A DNA stretch of 64,000 nt from Craspedostauros australis (lineage: Eukaryota), in the NCBI GenBank assembly GCA_030167865.1, contig JALAGF010000714.1, positions 1 to 64,000 of the forward strand. Direction: 5' to 3'. Made by a program: the position numbers and the translations under genes. The notes beneath the pieces are model-generated. The model did no database searches. It saw nothing but the letters and a program-made list of their open reading frames with translations, and was not told where the DNA came from. Positions 35,804 to 47,491 of this stretch are shown here, piece after piece (position 1 is the first letter of the stretch; each line of letters starts with the position of its first letter).

Positions 35804-37293
35804 ATGTCGGTCGTCCCCCTCCCCAATACAGCAGCAGCAGCAGCCACTGCCACGGAAAAACCAGCCATGACAAGCGCCATCACTCCCAAGCAGAAGCGCA
35901 AATCCATCCACAAGGCGCCGCCCAGCTTCTTCGGCGTCGTTCTGCAGGCGCTCAACCCCAACACCTGCATGAGGGCCTGCAACGGTGATGTGGATCAGAT
36001 CATCACGGAGGAGGAAGTCCAGGTGGACAGCGTGCTGCCGGATCTGCTTGAGACCATCAGCAACAACGGCGAGCAGGCAGAGCAGGTGCTGGCACTGGAG
36101 GATCTGCACAAGTTGGTGGATAAGAATCACTCGCAGAACAGGTGCGTCAGGTTGTGATGCTATGTGATGCTATGATATGTTATGTTATTATGTTGCGCTA
36201 TATTATGTGATGTGATGTGTTGCACAACTACTATTATACATGTTGTGGAGTGCATCCATGTGGCTTCCATACTGCTTCCGTACTCGTGGGTTCATATCTG
36301 TCCATGAACACATGCCCTGGGGGTGTAGCCAGAAGCAATTGCGCAATGGCCGGAGTAGCGGATGACCCAGAGAACAAATGCCCCATATGTGCCACCAGAG
36401 CAGAGCCATCATTGCCAACAATGGAAGCATCTCATTCCACCACATGTGACTGCAATCAACAGTGTCCTCACACCCATGCACTCCACCGCTTCCCCCATCG
36501 TCACATGCAACACACTCCGCTCTGCCACTAATCGTACCTGCTCTACATCTACAGGATCCCAATTGTGTGCACTCGCAAGTGGAATGCAGTCAGAGTGCTG
36601 GCAAATTACATCTCGCAGACGGACAATCCGAAGGGACGGCGACAGGCCTGCCTCATCCTCAACAATCTCTCAATTCCATTCGACAACAAGGCCGCGATAA
36701 TACTCGGAGAGGACAGCGAATTGCTTCTCACTGTCTTGCCCGACATCATCCGGAAGGGATATCCGGAAGCATACCTGTGCTGTGTCTGTCTCATGAACCT
36801 CAGTATCCTGGAGGACGCCAAAAAGCTCATGCTCACGCACGTGCCGTCCAAGACGTCCAACGCACGCAACGCTCTCGACACACAAACCTCCTTGCTATCC
36901 ACCATGGAGATCATGATGAAGACCTACCGTCCCTTCCTCCTGTCTGACGTGGTGTCTGTCGAAGGCGAGGCGATCCGATGGGCGATAGGAATGTTCCGCA
37001 ACCTCTGCACCAATTCACCAAACGCAGCCATCCTTGCGCAGACTGGAATCCCCAGCCTCGTCGCAGGATTCATCCGTGACTCGCCGCACCCGCTTTGCAA
37101 ATGGAAGAGAGATTCGTTGGAGGATCTGGGTTTGGCATTGCTGGTCCAGCTGGTGCACTACCCGGCGTCGCTGCGATTCATGAGGAAGCACCATCGTCAG
37201 ATAAAGGACATTCTGTCGAAGATCGCAGGGAAGAAGGGGATCCATGGCATGCGGGCCACGATGGTGTCGAATCATGTCAACGCGACCAACTGA
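35804..37293 (+). CDS. Armadillo-like helical repeat protein; exons 35804-36141 and 36555-37293 (358 aa)
   Basis: ARM-like helices RQACLILNNLS, CCVCLMNLS and RWAIGMFRNLC; a GT...CAG intron at 36142-36554 joins the ORFs in frame (NR-IPIVCT). Confidence 0.75.
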
Positions 37294-38222
37294 AGCGGTG
37301 GTCGCAGCTACTGGCATCCTGCCGTTATCCGTGCGGAATTGCCGAAGAGAGAGAGAGAGATCTTGACGAATCCATGCATCTGTGTACGCAAAGATGTGGT
37401 CATGGTTGATGGAGGCACAACCATGGGTGCAGTGATGGCTGCTGCTGCTGCTGCCTCTTGAAGAACTCCGCGGGGGCCGCGCTACTATGCAGCCTGTATG
37501 CACGCCAAAGGTATGGTACAGGCATGTGGCATGATGTCGTATGGCGTTGGTTATCATGCGACACGGCCATCCTTCTACCATGCTTCCATTGTGGACATGT
37601 TGGCAGCTATTATACTACACACGGTATGAAAGTCAACCGAGATGCAGCTTTGGAAAATGACGTGGTATGCCATGACCCAACCATGATACGCACAACCGGC
37701 TACGCTACGAGTATGCTTCGCTACACCTCAGTGTCCGCCCGACACTAGGAGAGCGCGTCCAAAGGTGCCAGGTGCACACATGTTGCCAGGGGAGACGATC
37801 AGCATCATGCACAGATGGTAACATTATTGTAATGAATTGTATTGGGGAACAAGCGCAACGTCAGAACGTCATCATCATGTGCCGACCATACATGGGGGGG
37901 AGACTAGCATGTATCCATGTTCATATTTGTTGGACGCCTCCTTCGCATCAACAGCAACGCACTCAATTTAGAGAAGTCTCTCTCTCTCTCGAGAGGGAGG
38001 GAGAGAGAGAACGGATAAAATAACAGTACGCTCTTGTTATCGCTATTAGACTCAAGTAATCGATAGGTGCAACACATCTCATGCCCACCACCACCTTGCA
38101 TCCAATGCATCGTGTGGGATCAACTCTTGATCTGCCGAGCCAAAATATCGTCTCTGGCTCCATTCATGAACTCCGAACGCAACAATGGCGATAGCGACGG
38201 CAACAATCACAACCGACGATCT

Positions 38223-40912
38223 CTAATCTTCATGCTGTGGCGTGGAAAGTCCTTCCTCCACCTCTCGCAAACGAACTTCCTCCTCCTGCCGATGCATCAT
38301 GTTGCCGCCTGGTCCTGCCAGATCTCCCAACGAATTGCGTTCTTCCTCGCGTGCCATGGCCAGCATGCGGAACCATTGGTTGGAGCTGGTGGATGGCACC
38401 ACGCTCCTGCTGTTGGTGCCGATGCGAGATTCCATGTCGTACAGGCCGGCCATGATGCTCGCACCTCGGAAATTGCCCTTGTGAAGCAGGCGTTGGATGG
38501 CATTCTGTTTGCTGACCGCGGAATCCGTCGTGTCCGTGGATGGCGCCATCTGCAGGAAGGAATTGTCGAAACCGCTGCGCGCGGTCGACGATCTCACAGC
38601 TGGCACCAAAGCCGTGCTGGAGGGCGCCGCCATGGAGCCATCGTCCATCTTCTGCTTCAGGCGGTCGGCGTAGTAGCTCACCAGAGCCCAGTCTCCCAAA
38701 TGAACGGCGCGGTTCATTTGAACTTCGAGGGACTCATCAGCCTCGCCGGCTGGTGCGACCGGCGCGGCGGTCATACCTCTTTGGTATTCCGGGTTGTGCT
38801 CGACTTCGTTGGACAGGGAGGAGATGCGGTTCCAATCGCCCACCTCGAGAGCATCATCCAATTCGCTTCTCAAGCTGTCGAGAGTTCGAGTGCGTTCGAT
38901 GCCTGGGACCGCCGATCGGCCTTCGAATTCCTGTCGTGTCGGAGATGATGGGTACGCAAAGCCGCGAGACTGCTGATACTGCTGGTTCTGGTAGCGGTTT
39001 TCGTAGGAGCCATCGGCGTGGCTGTTGATGGTGGACAGTGTGCGGTTCTCGTCAAGGGATGCAGTGTCATCGCAGTCTGTCATCGAGGCTGTGTGAGCCT
39101 GCGAGAGGCCAAAGAGGTTGTTTGCACCGTTTCCGGTTGCGCCGGAGTTCTTGGCCTTGCTACTGTTGGCTGCGCCGCTTTCGCCAGCGTACAAGGCTGA
39201 TGTGACTGCGATGCTGGTCCAGTCGGCGCCGGCGACGAACGCGTCCAGTGTTCTGGCACGCTGCTTGTCAGCCTTGCTGAGGTTGGCACGGGCCGTGCTG
39301 CTGGAATGGTCGACGTTGAATTGATCACGTCCCGCTGTCGACACTGTGCTGAGGTCTTCACGCTCGGCAAGTACGTGCGACAGGTTGTAAACTTCATTCC
39401 AGTCGGCATGGTCGATGGCAAGCATCATGGATTGGACGGCGTCTCTTGTGCTGATGTGGGCGTTAGCCGCGAAGCGGTTGGTACCGAAGGACATGAACTT
39501 GGGGATTGACGACGAGGATGCAGTCGATGATGTATCGCCTGTATCCACCAAGGCATCGAGGCCTGGCAAGAATCGCAGATCCGCTTCAGAGATGTCTTCT
39601 TCGATATCGCCGAGCTTCTTGTTCATGAGGCTTTCCTCATCACCATCACCGTCGTTGAGGGAGCGACGGCGCCAGAGGATTGCAAGGCAGCAACAGAGAA
39701 GGCACATGGATGCTCCTGCCACAGCGACAACACCAACTCGTGTACTGATCAGTTCGCTGTCGGAGTTTCCGTCGTCACCAGCTGGAGTGGGGTCTCCAGT
39801 TCGGCCAGTGGTGTCAGGGGTGTCAGTGCCTGAATCATCTCCACCTGTGTCCGAACCCGAAGAACCAGTATCTCCATTGGAGGTGTCGGTACCGCCGTCA
39901 GTGCCACTGTCGCTGTCGGTGCCACTGCCACTGTCAGTTCCTGTGTTATCAGTGGGAGAAACGAAGGAATCGTTGGTGCTGTCGTTCGTTGGGTTCGTTG
40001 GACTTGTCGGATTAGTGTTGGGGCTTCCAGCTGGGCTGTCATTGGGGGTACCAGCAGGGCTATCAGCAGGGCTACCGTTTGGAGTGCTGCCCGTTCCGTC
40101 TGTTGTGGATCCATTTGGTGCAGCGGCCGGCGCGATAGTTGGTACGTTGGTTGGTGAGGATGTGATGGAACCATCGGCTGCAACCACTGGGTCCTTGGTG
40201 GGTGCTGGGGTTGGCGATGATGTGCTTGGGCGAGAGGTTGGTGCTGGAGTTTCTGCCACTGCGCAAGTCGAGAGGAGGTGCGTGGGAATGGAAGGTGAGT
40301 TGCGATGCTGGTTGAAGAAATCGCACAGAGCATACACCAATGCAGTGCACTTGGGTACAATCACACCGAATACAACATGTCATATTGAGATGTAGAGCAC
40401 AGCAGAAAACAACAAAGTAGAGCAGCAGAGTGGTACTTACGGAGTACGAATGGAGACAGATCGACGCAGAGCATTTCGATCTGCTCTTCGAGGTTTTCAC
40501 TGCCGACAATGTATCCGAAGGCGGCTCCGAAGTTGTTCAATGTTATCAATCCGTTGAGGCATTGCATCCGCTCCTGCTCGCCTGCTGATTTCGGGCAGAC
40601 ACCCTGCGAGAAGGCCAGCTGCACCTGAGTCGGCAAGGCGGGGAAGTTGGGCGGTGGGCACTGATGGCCGGGAAGAGCTGGCTTCGTGAAGGTGTTGCAG
40701 TAGTTCACGAATTCGGTAGCAAACTCCTGCTGGGTGATGGTGCCGTCAGCCTTCTTTTCATCGCTGAGCATGGAGGTGGTGCACGAAGTCATGAAGGTGC
40801 TTTGAGCTCCTGAGAATGTCTGGCCATCGCTTGTCGTGTATCCGTTGGCGGCCACGGCAAGCATGGACAGGATGGCAGTGGCGAGGCCCACGGCGTTGGC
40901 TGTGCGAGTCAT
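38223..40912 (-). CDS. Single-pass type I membrane protein: signal peptide, Cys-rich domain, Pro/Thr/Ser stalk, TM, long cytoplasmic tail; exons 40912-40441 and 40258-38223 (835 aa)
   Basis: MTRTANAVGLATAILSMLAVAANG signal; PAPT/SPT repeats; TM VGVVAVAGASMCLLCCCLAILW followed by RRR; phase-1 GTAAGT...CAG intron (alternative acceptor 6 nt downstream). Confidence 0.85.
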
Positions 40913-41937
40913 CGTTCCTTATCTGTATTCTGGTATGGTACGCCTCTTCGTACTCGAGTATGGAGTAGAGTATGTCTGGTTGTAAGGGTTATTTCGGTTG
41001 ATGTTCCGGCTTCTTCCTTGCTTTTTTCATTTTGTGAGCTGATGGATGGAGTTGGTGGAGAGCATCGTGCAGCATTGGCAGTGCAGGGCAAACCAGAGGA
41101 GAGGCTTCATTCTTGTTTCGGCGTTTGTAAACGATCAGCCTGGCACACTAGTGCGCACCGCCAAGTTCGATCCGCATGAGGTGCATCTCCATCTCATCTC
41201 ATCTCTCGCCTCACATATCATCCGCATCAACTCCTCCGCTTTGAATCACGTCAAACTCCACAAAACAATCCTCCGCTTTGTCGAGAGAAATGTGAAGCGA
41301 GATTGGTTTTTGGCGTCGAGGTTGCAAAATGTGACTCCTGATCTTGCGGGAGCGGATGTCACATAGGCAGTATATCGTATTCATGACTTAATACATTGAT
41401 ACGTATTCTTGTGGATTGGCCACTTTGTTTGGTCCAAAGGGACTTAGCAACTCGTGTCGCATCACCGAAACCTGTGACATCAAGTTCCGACCGTTGAGTT
41501 ATTCCTTCAGGAACTTGTGGAGCTTTACGAAAGGCACAAATGGTCAAAGGGGTCGAAGATCGAAATGGTTAGTCACGAACGATTGAGACCCGCTTATGAC
41601 GCGTCCATCAAAAAGTAAGCCAAGGAAATCTGCCGCGAAGTCTGGAGATGTTGGCGCATCCTTCGTCAACACATCAACAGAGAGAGGTGGGTGAGAGAGA
41701 GTGGATGAGAGCGCTTCATGTGACCTGCTTCGAGCTGCTCCGCCGCGTTTGACACTCATGATAGTTGTAGAGTGCAATCCAGGAGAGAGAGAGAGAGATC
41801 GGTTGTTGCAAAGTCGTACGAGAGAAAGGAACGACGAAGCAAACGCGCAAGAGCAGAATAGCAGATCTGCAAACGTGAAGTTTGACATCAGCATCAGACA
41901 TCGACAGAGCATCCGCAGATACCAAGACGAGGAGAGC

Positions 41938-42228
41938 ATGACGATGAGGTCCCTGATTAGCATTCAGAGACTATCGAGAAGGGCGCTGGGACGATGTAGC
42001 GTTCGATCGCTGTCGTGTGCCTGGAATGGATCAGCAATCGGGATCGATGAGGGATCTGCCTCGCAGGGCGCGCAGAGCAGCTCGAGAAGCTATGGGAGCT
42101 TGCCGTTTGATTTCGATGGCAGCATAGCAAGGACAAGTACCCTCGTTGACAACACAGGGTCTTCTGTAGCGACGACGCTTGGCTTCTTGCCTGAGATCTG
42201 CATTGAAGAAGACGATGATGGTGGGTAA
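41938..42228 (+). CDS. Putative microprotein (96 aa): mitochondrial-type presequence and acidic EEDDDGG end
   Basis: First 36 aa have 6 Arg, no acidic residue and an RSLS motif; architecture mirrored by the convergent ORF at 43454-43693. Confidence 0.6.
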   Translation: MTMRSLISIQRLSRRALGRCSVRSLSCAWNGSAIGIDEGSASQGAQSSSRSYGSLPFDFDGSIARTSTLVDNTGSSVATTLGFLPEICIEEDDDGG

Positions 42229-43453
42229 CACTCTGCTCGTACAATAGTCCATACCATACTATAGAATGCAACAACATCCACATGAAATGCTATATCTGTT
42301 TCTATACATAGACGGAGAGACGATACTGTTCTCGGAATGAATCTCTTCCGCACCAGACGCTTTTGCTTATGTAGATGACATGAAAGCAGGTTGCTTGCTA
42401 TAGACGTATAATAGTTCTAGTTGTGATTCAATTGAGAGATCTACTCTCTTGTATTTGCGCACATTGTGTTTATTGCCGTCGCGTCGGGAGGCGATGGCTG
42501 TCAGTGTTGTTGGCATTGTTGGTACCGTGGGTGGCAGGAAGGAAGCCAGCATGCAAGCGAAAGATTGAACGAGTGGCAGTATGAAGTGAGAGAGAAGTTC
42601 GACGTGTGCGCGTTGGAGTGAGACAACAGATAGGATCTCCAAGAACTCCCACTGGTGATGTGCAACTACTTTCAGCGGCAAGGTGCACAGCGCGTTGATC
42701 TCTCAGAAGGAAGTCAGCAGGTTTTTTCAACATGGTTGATTCTGCAAAAATATAATGTAGATATCCCTTTCTTTCCTCACCGAGATCATTGTGCATGATG
42801 CGTCGCGCAGCAGGCCTCTCTGTTGATGATACTGTCCACATGCTCTTTGCCACGCAACTGAAGTGACACAACTACTCACATTGAGGGCGGAGAATTCAAT
42901 GGCGACGTTCTCCTTTCTCTCTCTCTCTATTTCTTTCTCATTTCGTCTCGTTGCGCCCATTTCCTTCCATCGCATCGCATCGCATTGCGTCTCATGCATG
43001 ACCTTGCCAAGTCGTGATGACGAATTATCTTTGTGCACAGCATGCGTCGATGATGGAGAAAGGATCCGGAGACGGGAGTGTGTTTGGATGTGCATATTAT
43101 ATGTTGAAGCGTTTTATGGTACAGAGAGTCGGAGCGGTAATTAACTGTCCAGCAACAAGTGAGCAATGGTTGTTCATGTACAAATGCAAGCGCAAATGCA
43201 AGTCCAAGTTGATAGGCACACGTCATTGCTCTTGGGAGATGCCAACACCAGCCGCAGCAAACGGATGGAATACTCGTACAGTTGCAGCAAGGAAGACACT
43301 CCAGAGTGTTTGCAAGGTCGCTTTTCGTGTAAACTTGACAGAGCACCATCACATACCATGTCCCGGCATGCCAAGCCATTATTCTTCGCATCGGATGCTC
43401 CCATATGCAGACTCAGCCAAGGCACAGAGAGCAGTCGCAGTATAGTAGAGTAC

Positions 43454-43693
43454 TTACGTTCCGTCATCGTCGTCATCAAAATCGAAAGCGGTCGGGACGA
43501 TCGGTGGCTCGTACGCGGCCACCAGCCCAGGTCGCGTTGATAGTGTGCTGAAGGACCGGATCGCTGTCGTTCGTCTCGTGCTGGCGCTGTATTGATGATT
43601 GCAGGAGCGTGATGATGATCTTGTGCTGCTCGTGGTGGCTCGCGTTCTGCCCGCTCTGCCTATCTGCCTTGCGAATGCTCTGGATGTTCTCAT
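43454..43693 (-). CDS. Putative microprotein (79 aa): mitochondrial-type presequence and acidic FDFDDDDDGT end
   Basis: Strong start context ACCACCATGA; first 61 aa have 12 Arg, no acidic residue and an RSFS motif; GTAAGT donor overlaps the last codon and stop. Confidence 0.65.
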   Translation of the reverse strand: MRTSRAFARQIGRAGRTRATTSSTRSSSRSCNHQYSASTRRTTAIRSFSTLSTRPGLVAAYEPPIVPTAFDFDDDDDGT

Positions 43694-44234
43694 GGTGGTC
43701 GACTCGAATGCGTGGTGCGATGCGATGCTCAGGCGTCTTCCGTTTCCTTGTGAAGTTGTTCAGTTACCTCCTTGATCATTCGGTTGTTTGTGATGTTGTG
43801 CGCAAAAAGGTTGTCTGTCTCCTCTTCCTCCTTTTCTGTTGATGTGAAGCCTCTCTCTGCGCCAAGAGATGAGAGATGATGTGCTGCGATCTTTCGAAGA
43901 GAGAGAACGTGAGGTGGTTGGTGTTTGAGGTTGGGGAATTCAAGCACAATCGACCAATCGTGATAAACTGATGGATACTAAAACCAAACAAAAACCGCAA
44001 CAAAATCGACAAGGATTGCAATCATCACAAACGCAAGACCAACACAAGAAAGCCATCCTCTGAAGACCAATCACATCAAGGTTCCACCCGACATTGTATC
44101 TGGTAGTCTTGGTGATTGGATCACAGCACTTGCACTTCGAGTAGCTGGTACAACACGACAGCATAGTGCGAGTCCAAAGGACAAGGAAGGAGCAATCGCA
44201 GGCTGCTGACAAGAGAGGATAGATAGCACGAAAG

Positions 44235-47200
44235 ATGTCGATATCGGAAGACGAATTGGTGGGGATGCTCGGCGGAGTTCTGCTGAAGGATGAGATTGAT
44301 GGGTTGGATGAAGATCTAGTCGATGTAAGTCTTCACTCTATCCATGCTCTCTCTGTACTCTGTGCGCTCTATGGCCAGTTCGACGTGGATGATGTGCTCT
44401 GAACTCTCCATGCACTTCACGACGATGCCACAACTCACAAATCGCTTCCGCGATTCAACCGTGCTATTCCCATTCCTCCGCCCTTGTCCACGCAACTCTA
44501 CTCTGATCTTCTCCATGCTACGCCACTCCACAAATTACCCATCCAAACCAATCGTGTATTATTCTACAATACGCAGTACATTTCAGGTCTGCTGTCAACG
44601 CAGCTGGCAGATGATCCCGACAATTGCGCAGAGATCCTGGAAGAGTCCATGGTTCCGTTCCTGGACTCCCTGGGTTGCCCATCCGAGCTCGTGGAGCAGG
44701 CGAAGGGCGTCATCATGGAAAAGTCCAACGCTGCCCTGAGCGGTGGCGACGCCTCGGAAGAACGAACGGGCGCGCGCAAGCTGCAGCAGGGTTTGGTCAG
44801 CATGGCATCCAAGCTGTCCGAGCAGACCGAGGAGGATGCCAACCGCTTCGTTTGGGGTGCGGGCAAGCAGGTCAAGGCCAATTCCAACACCGCCAAGGAT
44901 GCCTACAAGGACACCACGTCTTCCAAGGAACGTCGCAAGCAACGTCAGGAGCTCGAACGCGCACGCCGCGAACTGGCGGCGCAGCAGCAGGCCGAGGCCG
45001 AATCCACCAAGGCGGGCGTGTCGGCAATGATCCTGCCCACCGTCAAGAGCAAGGAGAAGGACGTCAACTTGGCCGGCATCTCGCTCTCCTTGGACAACGG
45101 CACCGTGCTCATGGACAGCGGCGATCTCAAGTTCACCTACCAGCGCAGATACGGCATCGTCGGAGAGAATGGCTGCGGCAAAACCACCTTGCTGTCCAGG
45201 ATTGCCAACTGGCAAGACCTGGAAGGCTTCCCGCGTCATCTGCGCGTTCTGCACGTGCGACAGGAGCTGCACACAGAGAATGAGGAAACCTCTGTGCTGC
45301 AGGCTGTCCTGGAGGCTGACATTGAACGACAGATGCTGCTGAAGGAAGAGAAAGATCTCATGGCGCGGTTAGAAGGAGACGAAAAGACGAGCGACGACGA
45401 CGCAGATATCACCATCGAGGAACGGCAGAAGCGACTCGCCGAAGCCGAAAAGGATGGCGCCGATGCGTTCACCCAGGATATTGCGCGCCTCAAGGATGTC
45501 TACGAACGTTTGCAACTCCTCAACGCCGATACTGCGCAGGCGCGTGCTGCCATGATTCTCAGCGGCTTGCAATTCACGCCCGAGATGCAAACGTCACCCA
45601 TCAAGAGTCTCAGCGGAGGCTGGCGCATGCGCGTGGCGTTGGCAGCATCCCTGCTTATCGAACCTGATCTGCTCTTGTTGGATGAAGTAAGTGACACGGT
45701 GGTGTCGTTGTGCCATACATTGTTGTGCGCCATACTCGTGCCGTACTGTATTCTCATCGCACTTTCTGTATTCCAACACCTTTGCGCGTTCTCTCACTTT
45801 TCTTTTTTTTCTCTTCACTTTTGTTCTACACTCTACTCTACCATCACCATCACCCATGTCTCTTTCGCTCCTGCGACGCATTCGTGCAGCCTACAAACCA
45901 TCTTGATCTCGAGGCCGTGATCTGGTTGGAAAGATATCTTGTGGATTATCCGCACACGGTGATCGTCGTGAGTCACGATCGTGGATTCCTCAATGAAGTG
46001 TGCACGAACATCATCGAGTTCAAGTACAAGAAGCTGACATGTAAGTCGTACAGATTGCAGTGTGCATGAATCAATTCTTGGATGGGGCTGTTGCTATCTG
46101 CACTGTTTGACTCGGATCTGCTCCGTCACGCCTACAATTGTGGCTGCACAAACTCCACTATTCATTCACAGCCACCATCACTATCACTCTGCGCTCACAC
46201 TGCGGATCAACTCATCCAACTATATTCCATCAACTGCACGCTTTGCTTCTCACGTCTCATGATCTCCATGCCATGACATCATACGCATGCCTGTGTGCGC
46301 CAAATGGCTACCACCCCACACTCAACACCCAACAGACTGGAGAGGCAACTTCGACTCCTACGTCAAACTGAGGGACGAAAGCATCAAGAGCAGAATGCGC
46401 GTCTACGAAGCCTACCAGAGCAAACGCGCGCACATGATGGAGTTCATCGAAAAGTTCCGCGCCAATGCCAAGCGATCCACGATGGTACAAAGCCGTATCA
46501 AGGCGGTCGACAAGATGGATGCAGAAGCGCCAGAACCGTTGGAAGTGGAACAGTTGTGGCGATTCTCCATTCCCGCATCCGAACCGCTCGGGCGACCCAT
46601 CATCTCGATCGACGATGTCACATTCGACTACACGCCCGTGCTGGAGGACGGGACCAAGAAGAAGAGATCCGACTACCTCCTACAGGACGTCAACTTTGGT
46701 GTGGATCTCTCATCTCGTATCGCAATCCTTGGTGCCAACGGACAGGGCAAGACGACGTTGCTAAATCTCATCATGGGCAAGCTACGGCCACTGAAGGGCA
46801 ACGTCTCCATCAACAGTGGCCTCCGCATCGGGCACTTCACGCAGCACCATTCAGATAACTTCGATCTCACACTGTCTGCTACTGAGAATATGCTGGAAAT
46901 GTTTGAAGGTGCGGATGATCAGGAGATGAGATCGTTCTTGGGCAAGTTCCAAATACAGGGCACCGATGCTCTGAAACCGATGGGATATCTGAGTGGAGGG
47001 CAAAAGAGCCGCGTCGCCTTCGCGGCGCTCGCGTACAAGAAACCCCACGTGCTGGTCATCGATGAGGGTTCGAATCATCTGTCCATGGAGGCTGTGGATG
47101 CGCTGGTGGAAGCCGTTCAGGACTTCAAGGGCGGTCTGATCGTGGTGAGCCACGACCAACACTTTGTTTCCAACACATGTACAGAACTCTGGGTCGTCGA

Positions 47201-47318
47201 CTCCGGCAAGGCTGAGAGATTCCGCGGTAACTTCCTCGAATACAAGAAGTTCACCACGGAGAAGACAAGGAAGCGAGTGGAAGAGACCGTGAAGAAGCTT
47301 GGTAACATTAACCACTAG
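44235..47318 (+). CDS. ABC-F family ATPase (ABCF3/GCN20-like); exons 44235-44324, 44577-45686, 45890-46040, 46336-47318 (777 aa)
   Basis: Two nucleotide-binding domains without TM segments: GENGCGKTT, LSGGWRMR, LLDE-PTNHLD (across an intron), VSHDR; GANGQGKTT, LSGGQKSR, VSHD; three GTAAGT...CAG introns. Confidence 0.93.
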
Positions 47319-47491
47319 AGAGATGCAGACTCGCGGAGTACTGCGATTCCCTTCTTCCAATTCTGTTGAATGTGATTTGTCCAGTCCACTACCGTACCAA
47401 ACAAGTAAAAAGTAAGCGCTCGGCAATGCCAATACTCCACACGTATGGTATGGTGCTGACTACGATACACACCTGTGCTTTGCCTACATAT

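Noticed and set aside
39415-40395. 326-aa plus-strand Val/Gly/Ser-rich ORF
   Set aside because: Antisense of the Thr/Pro/Asp-rich stalk of the membrane protein.
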